DNA from: Pseudogymnoascus verrucosus
Taxonomy: Eukaryota
DNA length: 64,000 nucleotides
Reading direction: 5' to 3' (one strand)
Assembly: GCA_001662655.1 (NCBI GenBank)
Contig: KV460208.1
Under the pieces are notes generated by a model, which was given only the letters and a program-made list of their open reading frames with translations, was not told where the DNA came from and did not search any database. This document shows positions 36,217 through 50,217 of the stretch, in pieces; position 1 is the first letter of the stretch; each line of letters opens with the position of its first letter. The position numbers and the translations under genes are program-made.

Positions 36217-37254
36217 TCATTCAGCCAGCTCCGCTGCGGCGAAGTACCCCTTGTTCTCGACCACGCCTCTGTCGCGCACCACAGCAGTGTACTTCGCAAC
36301 CCACTTAGGTGTAATCTCGCTCGTGCTACCATCTGCCGAACGCTTCAACTCCGAAATGACACCTGCGCCATTAGGACCTTGTCCCAGCAACTCTCGCAGT
36401 GTTCCGCTCGGTAAGATCTCGCTGCAGTCGTTGTGGGTCAAGAGCTCGAGTTTCTCCTGCTTCGCCAATTGGATGAGGGGTGGCGGGACGTTGCAGCAGT
36501 CTCGGACGTTGATTTGGTCGACAACAGGGCGTACCTTGACCTTCGACATGAACTTGGACAGTTTCTCGCTGCCAAACTCAGCAAGGCCCAGCTTCTTTAC
36601 GACCCCGCGTTCGTGAAGCGACTCCATTGTCGGCCAGGTCGCCAGTTCCTCCTCATCATTGCCCTGCTCCGAGTTCTTCTGGTCGGCAGCGTACTCGCAA
36701 TCGCCATCAAAGGACATTCCGTAGAATGAGACAATCAATAAATCAATAGTCTCGACTCTCAATTCCTTCAGAACCAAGTCAACCGCATCCTTAGTAATCT
36801 GTTCGCGCTCCTCCAGCGATGCCTTGGGCAAGAAGAATAATTTGACCGTGATATCGTACTGGCTCCTCTCCTCGGCTAGCCCGGACAGCGCCCAGTCGAT
36901 TGTGGGTATGTATAAATCGCCATGGTCTCTCGTCGTCCAGATCGAAGTCGCCGGTCGCGATGGACCTTTCGTCTCCTGCACGCCATCGACTGGCGGGGTT
37001 GGAGAGGCCGAGAGCGGGGGGGAGTAATCCTGCTGGGCGGCGGCGAAATTGGTGCGCAGCGAGTTCACCAGCTCCTGGTTGGACTTTTCCCCTCCATTTC
37101 TGCGAATAATGGAGGAGACTCCATTCATAATATTGCTGTAAGACGATAAATTAGCTTTGGGGCAATAAGGTAGTACGAAAGTCGCGGAAAAAAGGTTTCA
37201 GGGTCCAGTGCTGGATCGGCAGCCTTACGAGGTGGAAAGGATCAGCCTTGTCAT
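36217..37254 (-). CDS. Glutamate-cysteine ligase modifier (regulatory) subunit, aldo-keto-reductase fold
   Basis: Exon 1 37254-37229 (MTRLILSTS), intron to 37137, exon 2 to 36217. Motifs EERSQYDITVKLFF, LGLAEFGSEKL, DQINVRDCCNVP, LLTHND and WVAKYTAVVRDRGVVENKGY. Confidence 0.9.
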
Positions 37255-37961
37255 GATGATGAATTTGTAATCCAAAAAAGACCAGTATTATGAGGATGGA
37301 GACTGGAGATGTCGCAATTCTGCTGATTGCTTATGCCTTTTGCTAGCGACTCCAGACAGGGCGTAGGGCGTATGAAGGTACCAGAGCGATTTTCTTGGTT
37401 ATCCCGCAAATTCTGGTGTCGTCAACGATTCCCGTCCCTAAAGGGTCCGAGGTACTCTCTATATGAGGGGCGGAGTTCGTTATCAGAAAAGCGAATCGGG
37501 GAATCTTCGTGTGAGCCAGGAATAGTTTATGGGGTTGTAGGAAGTGAGATATAAAGTCGAGCAGTCGATCTGAAGGGCTAGCAATGAAGCGCAGCAAGTA
37601 AATTCGAATAAAGTGGTATCCCGTTGTCGTTTTGTTGTATCGGACTTGGGGATCAATTTTGCTTTTGCTTTTGCTTTTCTCACCCACATCCGCCCGTTAG
37701 AGGGAGGGACGATTTCCCCGGCCCCGAGTTACAGCGAGAACTTACCTAATTCGATTGGTGCGACCGCCTCCCGCCAACTGCAACAACCACTGTCTGCCCC
37801 CCACACTACGACAACTTGAGGTTCCAGTAGGTGTAGCCGCAACAATAATACCATCTACAGTGCGTGCGTGCTCAATAGCTCCGATCTCCACGAATACCTA
37901 CATTTACCCCGCCGATTATTATCATCAGAGACAGAGCTGGCTCTGCGGATTTGATGCGCTG

Positions 37962-38749
37962 ATGGCCATCAGGTGAGCCTTTGTCTTTCCTTCCCCAGCT
38001 GCCTCACGCGCCCCTGGGCCCCCAGTCAAGAAAGACGTGGCTGACCGTCCCTCGAATAGTTACCTCATCCTGCTCTCAAGGCAGGGTAAAGTCGTATGCG
38101 CCCCCTCTCTCTGTTACGCCAAACCCATATACTGATGCTGCTCATAGCGTCTTGCCAAATGGTTCACGACACTGTCGCCGAAAGAGAAGGCCAAGATCAT
38201 CAAGGATGTGTCGCAGCTAGTCCTGGCACGGCGCACGCGCATGTGCAACTTCCTCGAATATAAAGGTCATACCACTCCTATGCTAGCACCTTGAACTGCT
38301 GGCTGACTCTTCTCCAGACTCGAAAATCGTGTACCGCCGATACGCCTCGCTCTTCTTCATCGCTGGCTGCGCTTCGACAGACAACGAGCTCATCACCCTC
38401 GAGATTGTCCACAGATACGTCGAGCAGATGGACAAGTACTACGGGAACGTCTGCGAGCTAGACATCATCTTCAACTTCCAAAAGGCATACTTCATACTGG
38501 ACGAGCTGTTATTGGCTGGGGAGATGCAGGAGAGCAGTAAAAAGAACGTCTTAAGGACGATAGGGCAGCAAGACAGCTTGGAAGAAATGGAGGTGAGTCC
38601 AGCATAATACTTCTCATAACCCCCACCGCCCTCAGCTACCACCATACCACGTCCTCTCCTCTCCTCTCCCCATACCAGCCACCCTGATCCTTTCGGCTGA
38701 TTTCATTCCCCCACTCCAGGTTGAGGAGGAAATCACGAAGATCATGTAG
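37962..38749 (+). CDS. APS1: AP-1 adaptor complex sigma subunit
   Basis: Five exons giving [68 protein letters not shown]...[33 protein letters not shown]...; stop TAG 38747-38749. Confidence 0.95.
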
Positions 38750-39786
38750 CAAAACATAGATTTGCATTGGCAACGGCGTTTGGGACCATCGGCGCCTGGG
38801 ACTGTATCTACTCAAAATACATACAATTCATTGATTTGCGTCCACTGACGACAGTCTTGTGTCTTAGGCAGACGAACAGGTAAGTAACGGGCTGAAAAGC
38901 GCTGGCCTCATGTGAGAAGGGTTGGAGTGAAGGGAAGTGAAGTGAAGGGAAGGAGTAAAGGGATAGGCGTGCCACAAGGGCGTTCGTTATATCGCATTCA
39001 ACCGTCATTCATGAATTCACGTGTGTAATGGCAGGAGTTTAGAAGGCATGTTCAGCGTGGTGCATGCGTAATAAAAGGGGCTGACGGCCCATCCCTATCT
39101 CTTTGTCATAATCCAGACTTTTCAATGCCATGGAATGAAAATGTACAGACTAGCCGCTGAAGTTTATGAACAATGACACGAAAGCCTTCCAAGACGTGCC
39201 AGGAGCCATCGTTTGATTCGTTGGCCAAGTTCCCCCAAGCAATCGCACGTGATGTGGCTTATCATCCTTTGCCCTTTGCCGATAGACGGCATCCACCCGA
39301 ATCCGGTCGTGACGCCTACTCGTGTCTATCCTTGGATCTGCCGTATCATACAACCCCGCAGGACGCGACAATCACTCTATACAAACAACTCAACGGCCCG
39401 CCCTTATAACATGTTATTCCAGCAATTGCCAGCTTCCATTGCCTGCTAGACGTTTATCGTCTGGCCGATTACACTCTGATTCCGCCTGTGCACCCAGCTC
39501 AGGTTGAAACCAGCCGCTCGTCATCAGCTACAACAGGCCTCAGATCAGCCCTGCTTTACAACCCCTCACTGTCGTCCTACGACCTAGACGACCAAGCTGT
39601 CACCCGCGATCACTCAAATCCTGCAGAGGTGTCTCTAGACGCCGAACCCCTATCGTCTCTCCTCAGTCACTGTTCTTATCGCGCGACCTTGTGGGCCCCC
39701 GATCGCGCGTGGATCCGGACTCTGAACCCCGGATTATAAAGACGTCAACTGTCATACCACAAGTGTACTGAGTATATGCCGCAACC

Positions 39787-40867
39787 ATGAAGGTAGGTTT
39801 CACTTCTAAGCCCTCGTCTTCGCGACACGTCAAGCCCGAAATGCTAACGCATGAGCCTTCAGTTCCTCCCACTTCGCGACTTCGACGACGTCACCAGCGC
39901 GTTGAACTTCAACACCCCCGATTGCCATGTCGTCGGCGGCTGTGATCTGTACACCACAAAGGCCGCTGGCTCCGATAAGAAGCTCTATCGCAATATCGAA
40001 AACTCCCTAGAGTCGCAATACGAATCTTTGCTGCGGCTGTCGGCCTCGCTATCCCCCCCACAATCTTCCGGGCCAGGATCGCTCGATCTGAGCAGGTCAA
40101 GTCCATTCGGGCCCCTGAGCCAGATATCAAGTCGTAGGACTTTCGCATATCTGATCGCCACGCTGAATGCCAGTCACCCTGACTATGACTTCTCCCATAT
40201 CCTGCGACCAACGGACTTCAGGAGGGAGCGAAGCCTGAAGTCAGTCATGAACAATATCGATTCAACAATGTATAACCTGAGGCCGAGCCCCAGCGCATCC
40301 CTAGAGCTCCCACCACCACCTAAAGGCGCGTCTGCAGCGCCAGCTAGCCAGGCGTGGGGACCACGTATGTGGACCGTAATTGACAAGGAGATGACTCTCA
40401 AGGAGTGCTCCGTCTACTGCTGGTCGCCAGAGGAATCCGAGTGGGACGGCGAAGAGGGCTCCATCTGGAGCGTGCACTATCTCTTCTTCAACAAGGCCCG
40501 AAAGCGCGTTGCCTACATCTATGTCCGTGGCATCCCGATCATGACTCACAGCCCCCGACTCGGATTTCCAAAACGCAGCGCCAGTGGCGTGAGTAGGGAG
40601 AGCGGGGCGAACAAGCGTGCTCGGTACTGGCTTGGCGACAAGGCCGACAGTGCCACGGGCCAGCCGGACGACGACGACATTGAGCGCAGGGACTGGACGG
40701 TGTCCGAAGAGTTCGATCTGAACAATGATGATGATGATTTTATATCAGACCTTGATGTCTTCTCTGATGACTATGACGACGAAGCAGATGACGAAGACGA
40801 GGACCAGGATCTGAAGGCGCCCGTACGCGGCGTTAGTGAGGAGGTCGCTGCGGAGATGGAGATTTGA
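39787..40867 (+). CDS. MAF1: RNA polymerase III repressor Maf1
   Basis: Exon 1 ATGAAG 39787-39792, intron to 39862. MKFL...GCDLYTTKAAGSDKKLY, SPFGPLSQISSRRTFAYLIATLNASHPDYDFS, WSVHYLFFNKARKRV and an acidic tail. Confidence 0.96.
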
Positions 40868-41547
40868 GCCTTTTCGAGGGAGCCGTATTCGAACATGTGA
40901 TTTATTATGGTTTTGTTGTTTTTTGGGACAGGCGTTTCGGACCGATGGCAACGGTCCGCCACACTGTACCCGATACCACTGATGCGTTTGAATTTTTTGA
41001 TTGCTTTTCTTTTCACGTTAGATCCTAGGGAGGAGTTGGGCTGGAGCCTGGCTGGGTTGGTGGGAGTGTTCAATGGTTGGAAGGATACTGGTGGTACATA
41101 CCTGGCGTTCGGTGATTTCTCTGGCTGGTGAGAGCGGCCTGGGACTTGGCGCCACCGAGGTATATACTTATAATGCTTGCATGAATGTCGTTAGAAATTG
41201 AAACTCAACTTTCATCTGATCTGGTGGTTAATGGTGTGTCTGTGAGTGAGTTATGGTTAAGTCGACATGTCACATATAGAAATTCACACAATAGTTCTTC
41301 CTGTGTCACAAGGAATCTCATTCACAAGTGATAACGGGAATTGAACATATTTTTGAGTGATCAAGAGATTTCTTTTGCATTTATCTGCAACCCACCAATG
41401 ATCGCATCGATTGTCAGCAGATTGTACAAAATTCAAATCAGAAAAAAACCCCCCACCACGCCCTGTCCGTAAGCCCAAACCCCGGTCGCATTCCAGCGAC
41501 AGAAATTTTCAGAAAGACTCCGTTTTGCACCCGTCCACAGGCGTAAT

Positions 41548-41998
41548 CTAGATCATCAATCTCTCGACCTTGTCCTTGAGAGCGCGGATCTGGTTCATGA
41601 GATCAGACGCCTCGTTGGTGGTGATGCTGGTCGCGATGACGGCGCGGGACACACCGCAGGCGCGGCCGAGCGCGGTCTTGGAGGGAACGTAGACGTATGG
41701 CACGTTCTTGTCCTCGCAGAGAAGGGGAAGGTGGAGGAGGATGGCGAGAGGGGCGGTGTCGGCGGCGAGGATGATGATCTCGGAGATACCGCGGTTGAGC
41801 GTCTTGGTAGACTCGTTGGCGCCCTTCTTCAGCTGGCGGTGGTGGCTGGCCTGCTGGACGATGTCGAGGATCTCTTGGGTGAGGGCCGTGTCGGCGACGG
41901 GCCAAGCTGGGGGTCCATGTTAGAGTCTGCGTGGGATGGAAAAAGTTGGTTACAGCGGAGGGAAACTTACCGGCACCGGAGTTCTGCTCGTCAGACAT
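41548..41998 (-). CDS. SNU13: Snu13 / 15.5K K-turn-binding protein (box C/D snoRNP, U4 snRNP)
   Basis: Exons 41998-41971 and 41906-41548. AWPVAD...[64 protein letters not shown]. Confidence 0.97.
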
Positions 41999-42385
41999 GT
42001 TGGAGGTTTGGTTGAGGGTAATTCGTTAGATGATGAATTTGAAGTGAGCTTGCAGGGTTCCTTGCGTTGGCTCGCCCTGTGTGCTTTGAAAAAAACTTTG
42101 AGGTTGTAGTTGTGGTTGGAGGCAGTGAAAATAATTCCAACCTTCAAAATCGATTACAGTGGCGCTAATCCCGAATCGACACTAGTGTCGTTTAACCAAC
42201 CGAGCCGCGAGTAGGTAAGCAGGTGGAGCTTGAGAGAAACGACGACCTCCTGGAACATCGTCACGACAGAGATAGCCAGCTATAGCTCAATCGAAGCCAT
42301 CGAAAACCCGCATTCCTTTTATCTCGAGCTCCATTGACCTTTTTGGCAACCAAAGATCCAAAGGATATCCTCATAAACCGTCGAA

Positions 42386-43232
42386 ATGGCCACTGAACTT
42401 TGGTATGTACACTGAAAGCTTGTTTACGGAGGAGAGCAACTATGCCGATCCACGATTGTCTTCACCACCCTATATTCATCTCCTTGATGATTCTCTGTCG
42501 TCTATATACGAGTCAGCCTGCTAACGATGTGTTCTCTATAGCCCCGTCTACGCTGTGAGTACCAACGCGCTTTTCGATACTCGTCAACCCTGTTACGGGA
42601 TTGCCAAGCTGGCAGCCGCCAACTTTCCATCACCGACTTGAAGAGCCTTCGAGACTAATATATGATATAGCCGTTCTTCGGAGCGATGGGCTGCACATCT
42701 GCCATCGTGTTCACCTGCTTTGGCGCAGCGTACGGAACCGCAAAGTCTGGTGTCGGAATTTCCGCCATGGGTGTCCTCCGCCCAGATCTGATCGTCAAGA
42801 GTATGCCAACATCTTCATCAAGAAACAACGACTAGATGCTAATTTCGAGGATAGACATTGTGCCCGTCATTATGGCTGGTATCATTGGTATCTACGGTCT
42901 CGTCGTCTCAGTCCTGATTTCCGATGGACTCGTTCAGCAAATGCCCCTGTTCACCGGCTTCATCCAGCTTGGTGCAGGTCTTAGTGTAGGTCTGTCCGGT
43001 CTTGCCGCCGGTTTCGCGATTGGTATTGTCGGAGATGCGGGTGTTAGAGGAACTGCACAGCAGCCAAGGCTCTTCGTGGGAATGATTCTTATCCTTATTT
43101 TCGCTGAAGTTCTGGGTATGTTCACCGATTGATTTTTCGGCCTATCGAGTCTAACGCTGTGTCACAGGTCTATACGGTCTTATTGTTGCCCTCCTGATGA
43201 ACTCGAAGGCCACTTTGGACGCCACTTGTTAA
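42386..43232 (+). CDS. VMA3: V-ATPase 16-kDa proteolipid subunit c
   Basis: Five exons including a 13-nt exon at 42542-42554. [18 protein letters not shown]...[10 protein letters not shown]...[25 protein letters not shown]...[29 protein letters not shown]. Confidence 0.96.
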
Positions 43233-44106
43233 AGAGTCCAGTTTCGTGAAGTCGATATAGCGGAGTGCCAATTAGCCAAACCGTGCCATGCACGCACTCT
43301 CCGCGAATAGGGTTAATAAGGTGGATGGTTTGGGATAGATAGGGTGAACGATGGGGGTATCTGGAGACGGGGGAGCGGAGCGACCTCGTTGTTAACAACA
43401 TGTGTATGTACTGCTGCATTTTTTCCTGTTTTTGGCGTTACGTTCCACATAGAGGGAGCTGGTAGTAGCCTTTCAGGTTGTGTATGCTACTTAGTCTACT
43501 TGTTTTCTGCGCACATGTTCCCCGTGATACGCGTGGGCTGTGTGGCTTCTATTGTTATCAGTTTGACCATTGTGACCTGTATCGATCTCATAGACAACGT
43601 GGACCTCGCCCGTCCAAATTTGACGAAAAGTCGTGCAATGGTGCCGATGATTGCACCCTACGTTGTTATCATGGGCATTTCCATCGTGCATCGGGGGTCG
43701 GAGCATTGGCAACTGTTGTTACTAGGCAATCTCAGCGCTTAAATTCGAAGATGACTCTGCCTCAGAATTATTCTGATTGCTCTTAACTTAGAAGCCACAT
43801 TATACTGGCAGCTAATACTGTAAGCTTCAAGAAGAGTGTTATGGTGCAAGAGGCGCTTATATATATAGCCGCCTTTCGTTGCCGGTAGGAGCTAGAACGA
43901 AGCACCCCGCAACCCCACCTCCGACGCTCGGCAACACATCTCCATTTACTCATAGTCCAACCCCCAAATACATCTTGTATTTAAATAATTGAAGTCCTGT
44001 TTGATATTTTCTTATTCAGAAAAAACTGTCATAAAGTTTCCCCGTCTACAAAGTCAAACACATCACCACATATCACCTCAGGAACATTCGTATTCCCTAC
44101 CCCACC

Positions 44107-44837
44107 ATGCGTCTCCCATATGCCCCAAACAGCAAGGAAGGTCTCGACGAGGAGTCTGCAGCAATCTATGACCGCATAGCTGCTCGTCGGGCCCCTCGCC
44201 CGCTCCAGCCCCTGGATCTCACCTTGTTCCGTTCGCCCAACGTCGCAGATGGCTGGAACAGCTTCCTCGGCGCCATCAGAACCAAGACTAGCTTGCCAGA
44301 TGATATCCGCGAGATTGCCATATGCCGCGTTGCTGTGCTTAACGGTGCAGCATACGAGTGGCTCAGCCATGCACCATTGGCTAAGAAGGGTGGGGTCAGC
44401 GAGGAGGGGATGAAGAGCTTGGGCAACCCTGAAGTGGCAGGAGCAACGAAGCGAGAGGGGTTTAGTGATAAACAATGGGCTGTTATTCGCTATACGGATG
44501 AGATGACGAGGAACGTGAGGGTCCCCGAGGAGGTGTTTGAAGAACTGAAGAAACTGTTCTCGGGACAGGAGGTTGTGGAAATCACTGCAACGGTATGTTC
44601 AACCCCTCTTCTCCTATGTGAAACAAGGAGTGCCGGTTGGAGGAGCCGCGCTAAACTTTCATGTGCGATAGGTGGCTGCATATAATTGCGTCAGTAGGTT
44701 CTTGGTGGCGTTAGACGGTGAGTGCTCTGCATTGCGCATGAGGCCCTGCCATTAGGTGGCATGGCCTTAATTGGCTAGAGCTAATATATACTTTAGTGGG
44801 GGAGCATAACAGCACCGAGATGACGGCGCCGCAATAA
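44107..44837 (+). CDS. AhpD/carboxymuconolactone decarboxylase-like protein
   Basis: Exons about 44107-44592, 44672-44717, 44797-44837. SPNVADGWNSFLGAIR, REIAICRVAVLNGAAYEWLSH, YTDEMT and EVVEITATVAAYNCVSRFLVALD. Confidence 0.9.
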
Positions 44838-47522
44838 GATTCAGATACGAGAATCTTCACGGACACAGGGATGAGCTGAGGTCACAAAGTGGGCGAGCTT
44901 CGAGACCGCGGAAAAGCGGAGTCCATATAATTGTATGGCCCACACTGGGTCCAAATCATCAACTCGGTCTCTATATTTCACTGTGAAATAGTGTCAGGCC
45001 CTAAGGCAACAGTGTGAGAAAGCTTCATTCAGCTTTATACAGACTTGTGCACGGCTTGCAGTGGATTAACGCACAGTTCAAAGGGCATTTTTTGGGTTTT
45101 CACATCCCGCTACTATTCTAATTACTTCTCATATCGAATTAAATATTCAACTCCAAGAGACAGGCATTCTTCGTATGATATGACTTTCAGAAAATCGACG
45201 GCGGGAATCGTTCGGTTTAAGGGCCATGGCAAACAGCAGCAAAGTTCAGACAATAGGTCTATGCCCTCCTGCCATTCTGACCGCGCGGGGCTATTTTACG
45301 ATCGGGCAAGGTTGCCCACCGTTCCCGGGGGTGAGGTGAGGTGCTTCTTAAATTGCGGGCAACAAGTAGCCTACAGCGGAGTTCAAGATACGAATCCACG
45401 ACAGCGGAAGTCTATTCCGTCCAGTGAGCACTAGATGAAGGCTAAGTTCATGGGGTCCAAAGTTCTGGGAAGGAAGAGCGCCATGCTTGCCTTATCCGTC
45501 AATCTCTCCATGGCAAGATATTACGAAAGACTCTGAAAGATCTCTATGAGCGAGACAGAATATCTCGTGCCCTGAAGATTTTTGGATACTTACCGGTTGT
45601 TTGGGTGTATAGTGAACGCTACATTACACAACGTCCATACCAGCGTTTGATTTCTGATGATTATTGATAACCGTCATATCTAACCCAGAAAACGAAAGAC
45701 GGTATATACTCTGATTGGAAGTATTAAAGACCGGTCTGCACAAATACCACAAGGCTTGCTTGGCTTGCTTATCAAATTCCTGACAAGTATGTTGTCGGTA
45801 TTAGCTCCTGCTTACTGTACGTGCCATACTGGAGTCTGGACCCCACCCCCACCAACATCCATCTGTCCTATGCAAGCACACAAACACGGCCGCAACTTTC
45901 CTCCACTCACGGCGTGCGCGACAGCGACAGCGATTTTGAAACAGCGGCAAATCATACCTTCCAAATCCATCTCTCCACGCGGTCGCCGGTGCTGCCTGAG
46001 CGTTTTGCCACTCATGTCCAGTCTGCCGTGTCTAGCCAGCCGTGTGCATTACACTAAAGATTACCATGGATGCACCCAGTTCAGCCCCATCTCCACGAGA
46101 ATACAGCCATTCTTCAACGCCATATTGACGTCGTTATGTGGGAAAGGGGAAAATCCCCGCTTTGAAGCCGCCAAGAAACAGTATGACGACAGAAGACAAG
46201 AATGTCTATCTAGCGCTCGGCCCTCCGGACATCTATTTCTGAGATACCTCAAAGGCACGCCGCAGCATAGTCATGGGTGAGGGCAGCAGCTATTGGGTGG
46301 TGGTCAATCGCTGTCCCCGCCCAACACGAACAGTCAGCCAGCGCATCACGAAGGCCTGTAAGTGTAAGCACATACTAAACTATGAGGTGCAGTTGAGTAA
46401 GCAGTAAAGTTACAGGCTATGGAAGCGAAAGAGCGGGCTCACATGGATCAATATTCTCTTCCACTGCATGGGTTATGCATACCCGGCCTCGTTGCATGTA
46501 CCCGTGGGAGTACATATCCCCTTTTCGACATTACTCTAGCCCCTTAGAGTATGTCGAGTCGAGCACGTTCTCACAAGCCATGCCGCATCGCAGGATCTCC
46601 CTCACAAGGTGTCTTCACAGCCCCGTGGCAATAAGAATCCGACAGAATCTATCCAGGCTGTGTGGCATGCATCCAAACCGCCCAATGCCTCCTGCTGGCG
46701 AATAGAGTGCTTGATATGGTTTTAGCTGTTCTGACATGCATACATACAATCTATGACTCTCCGGGCTTTTATTCGTGGAGAATACTGGCCGATATGATAT
46801 GGTGGCATCTGAACAATACCCGATCACTTCTCGTTGCTCATTATTCGCTTTCACGGTACAGTGGAAGGGGCTTCGTGCTGACTTCGAAGTCTATAAACAT
46901 ACGCCGACTTCGGGATGTGGATTTAAGATCCCCTGAGGAAGTCTGTGTTGATACAAATAGCCTATCAAATACCCGGAGCCGTATGCAGACCGTGCCCAGA
47001 AACCATCGGTCTCGCACCATTGCTAGTTACTCGCGGGGGAATGGGATACCAAGATACCCGGATACTTGCAAGTTGTGTTCCAAGTTGTATTTCAAGTTGT
47101 ACTCCACGGTTTAGATCATGCTACTGTCCTCCGCTCTTTGGATGGGATGAGCCAGGGGGTCGGATATACCGGGGGTGTATGCAGCTCACCCATGGGGATA
47201 ACAACTACGTACGCACGTTAGAACGGCAGTAGAATATCATTGGTCCCATCTTTGCATACACGGCACTGTCATTGAGCATAACTATCGTGCTGGTCCTGAT
47301 ATTTATCAGCTATGTTAAATTTCGCCTCTACAACTCATAATCAGAATCATAGCACATATTAGCAAAGCTTCATATCTCGTAACAAGTGAGTAAAATGCGT
47401 ATGGATGAGGATCTTGTAGTCATACTTTCATAAATGGATCCGAGGCAGCAGACTGACCTCTAACAGCTCTAAATAATACACTGCCGATAATATACTACTG
47501 TCGATTACATACGAATACCTCC

Positions 47523-48309
47523 ATGTCGGGTGGATCATACTACACAAATCCCCTTCAAGGGGAAGATTACTCGTATGCGGTCGTCGATTCCAGCCACGTA
47601 GGCTTCTATGACAGCGCGTCAGGGGGATCAAGCATTGGGTCACCGGACATTTCGAAAGTGGGAAGCCCTCTTTGGATTCACACTTCCATCTATGTGCCGA
47701 GACTAACAGTCTACTCCAGGATCCAAAAGAGTACAATAACCTCACCCAATATGACCAATTCCAGCCATATCTTTTCCAGTACGAGACGCCAGAGATGTAC
47801 CATGCCTCCCAGCTCGCCGCCACCATCGAGCTAAAGATCGAGGATCTATACGACGACGTTGATCTCCGCACGAAGCGACCCGCAACTACAGCTGGTGCCA
47901 ACCCAGCTACCTCACAAGTACATTCCGTAAGTTCACACTGAAGACTGACAATACGGAGCGCAGGCTAACGGACACCCAACAGCGCCGGAGAGCACAGAAC
48001 CGCGCCTCGCAGCGCGCCTTCCGCAACCGCAAGGAGAAACACGTCAAGGAGGTAGAAGCCCGGTTGCAGGAGCTTGAGGGGAAGTACCGCGATCTGTCGG
48101 AGTCGTACGAATCGCTGCAGACCGAGTACGTACTTGCAAAGCAGGAGCTAGAGAAGCTTACGGCAAAGGAGAGGTCACAGTCGCAGTCGAAGTCACCGAC
48201 GCCTAGCTTTGTGCTGCCAGATACCGGGTTTGATGGCGGCACGGGCGAGGATCTGAGTAATATCCTCTTTGAGAATGAGGTGTTTTCTTTGGAAACTGTG
48301 CCTCAATGA
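47523..48309 (+). CDS. bZIP transcription factor (Yap-type basic region)
   Basis: Three exons (about 47523-47657, 47720-47926, 47983-48309). RRRAQNRASQRAFRNRKEKHVKEVEARLQELEGKYRDLSESYESL, a basic region followed by a leucine zipper. Confidence 0.88.
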
Positions 48310-49101
48310 CGACAGGTTATCTAGGCTTGACTGGGAACGGCGTACAAAGGGGTGGACGGGAGTTAAAACTGGATCGATGGTTACTCTGAGCGCCCATGGG
48401 AGCGTGCAGCTAGAAGTTCTGGAGGGATCGTGTCTTGGAGCCCGAGAACAGACTTCGCCGCTCATAGTTGGGACCAGAGTATTGTACTGTACCGGTTTGG
48501 AGTATAAGATTAGCTGATACGACTAATGAAATGCGTTAGATCACTGTGTCCTGCCTGTTTAGTATCAGGGATGTTCTCATCAAATATTATAACATACTAT
48601 TTTTAATAAAAATAATTTGCATGTATTTTTTATATATTCTTCGTTAAAATTGGAAGTTTTAAAGAGGATAATATTCTCTTCTCCACCTTAAGGATTTATA
48701 AATTTAAACTTCTCATTCTCAATTTAACAGTCACCGCAAATAATAATCATAGAGTCTTCATTATAGACAGCCAATGTTCACGCTTTTTGCTATGTACAGA
48801 TAATCGGCTCGTAGCCAAGAGCAGCACAATGTGCTTCAAGGCACAAATATATACCCAGCCTGGAGATGAGTTTTTGGAACGCCTCACATCCTGCGACCTC
48901 GCAAGGAATGCTTTTATGCCGAGAGTAAAGAAAAGCTAGGCACCGCTTTGCGCGGTTGCACTGTTGGTCGTGATGCGCCGTGGCTCAAGTCGGTGCTGTA
49001 TTTCCCCGCCTATTTTCCAACCTTTTCCCCTTCCTATGCAACGCTCCTTTTTGTATTAGATCCGTCGTCGCTTCTTTTATTGTTCGTCTTTCGTCATCGT
49101 C

Positions 49102-49812
49102 TCAGCTACCCTGCGCGCTCGCCCCCGCTGTACCTGTCCCCTCGGCTTGGTGGTCGCCCAACGTAGCCTCGCTCCCCTCCTCCTCCTCCCGTTCTCGAAC
49201 CCACTGCTCCTGAAACCCTCTTCCCATACCTTCTAGTCGCCTCACCGCCCTCCGCGCTTCGCTCATCCGGCTATGTGACTCCGCGACCACAGTGGCAACC
49301 AGCATCGGTGCTAGAGGTGGCCCGATTTCCTCCGCCTCTTCGCAGCCTCCTGCAGCTGGTGCACCAATTTGCATCGCCGCAACTCCATTTGTCAATTCCG
49401 CATGTCCTTGATCGTGAGCCTGTCCCTCTCCAAGCTCCCCACCCTCCCCTCTCTCTTCCCCAGCCGCCTCAGGACTTCCCCTCGAGCTCCGCAGCCGCGG
49501 CTCTTCCTCCCCCACAGAATGTACATCCAGCAACGCCGTATTTTTCAGCGCCTCCCCCCGCTTCGCCTCCGGGTCGAGGAACGCATGCATCGCCACTGGT
49601 CCGCCATCCTTTGTCTCAACGAGGATATGCACCGGGTACCCTAGCCCCAGCCTCGAAGCTGACGTGTGCGCACTCAATGCAGCAGTGGTAAGGGCGCGGA
49701 GATTCTTAGCTTGAGAAGAAGGTGGCGCCGCCGTCGAAAGAAGCGGTTTCAACGCTGTGTCGGCCAGATGGAGGGAGAGCGGTGGAGGCGCGGGGTGTGG
49801 GGGTGATGTCAT
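49102..49812 (-). CDS. Hypothetical protein
   Basis: 236-aa ORF with ordered-looking ends (LTTAALSAHTSASRLGLGYP; APMLVATVVA...EARRAVRRLEGMGRGFQEQW). No family recognised. Confidence 0.65.
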   Translation of the reverse strand: MTSPPHPAPPPLSLHLADTALKPLLSTAAPPSSQAKNLRALTTAALSAHTSASRLGLGYPVHILVETKDGGPVAMHAFLDPEAKRGEALKNTALLDVHSVGEEEPRLRSSRGSPEAAGEERGEGGELGEGQAHDQGHAELTNGVAAMQIGAPAAGGCEEAEEIGPPLAPMLVATVVAESHSRMSEARRAVRRLEGMGRGFQEQWVREREEEEGSEATLGDHQAEGTGTAGASAQGS

Positions 49813-50217
49813 GGCGGGCGTGTATGGTGCAGTGCGAGCGAACTGGGAGATGGGAATCGCTGCTGTTTATGCTATTGCATGATGAGATCCGTCGGGGCGC
49901 GAGGAAGGAGTCCTTTTTGGTCGCGGTTGCGTGCGTGGGTGGTGTTATTTTGGTGGTGGTGGGTGGTGCAATTGGGAGGGAAGGCGGGGTTGAGGACCAC
50001 TTCAGTTGAGTTGGGGTCGTCCTTTTGCTGGGGGTGGCTGGTTGCTCGGTCGAGTCCCGCGGCCAGTGGCTGGCAGGGGTGCGGGAGCTTGGGCGGGCGC
50101 GTGCGGGAGGTGTGACGACTAGCGCCGCGGGTGTCGAGGTGTCCTGATTGGAACTCAAGACGTCAACGAACTGCGATTGTCCACGACGTGGTATTTATTC
50201 AGACAAATTGACTTATT

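Noticed and set aside
45045..47232. Several ORFs of 95-174 aa
   Set aside because: No codon bias, splice pattern or recognisable motif; treated as non-coding, though a degraded relic cannot be excluded.
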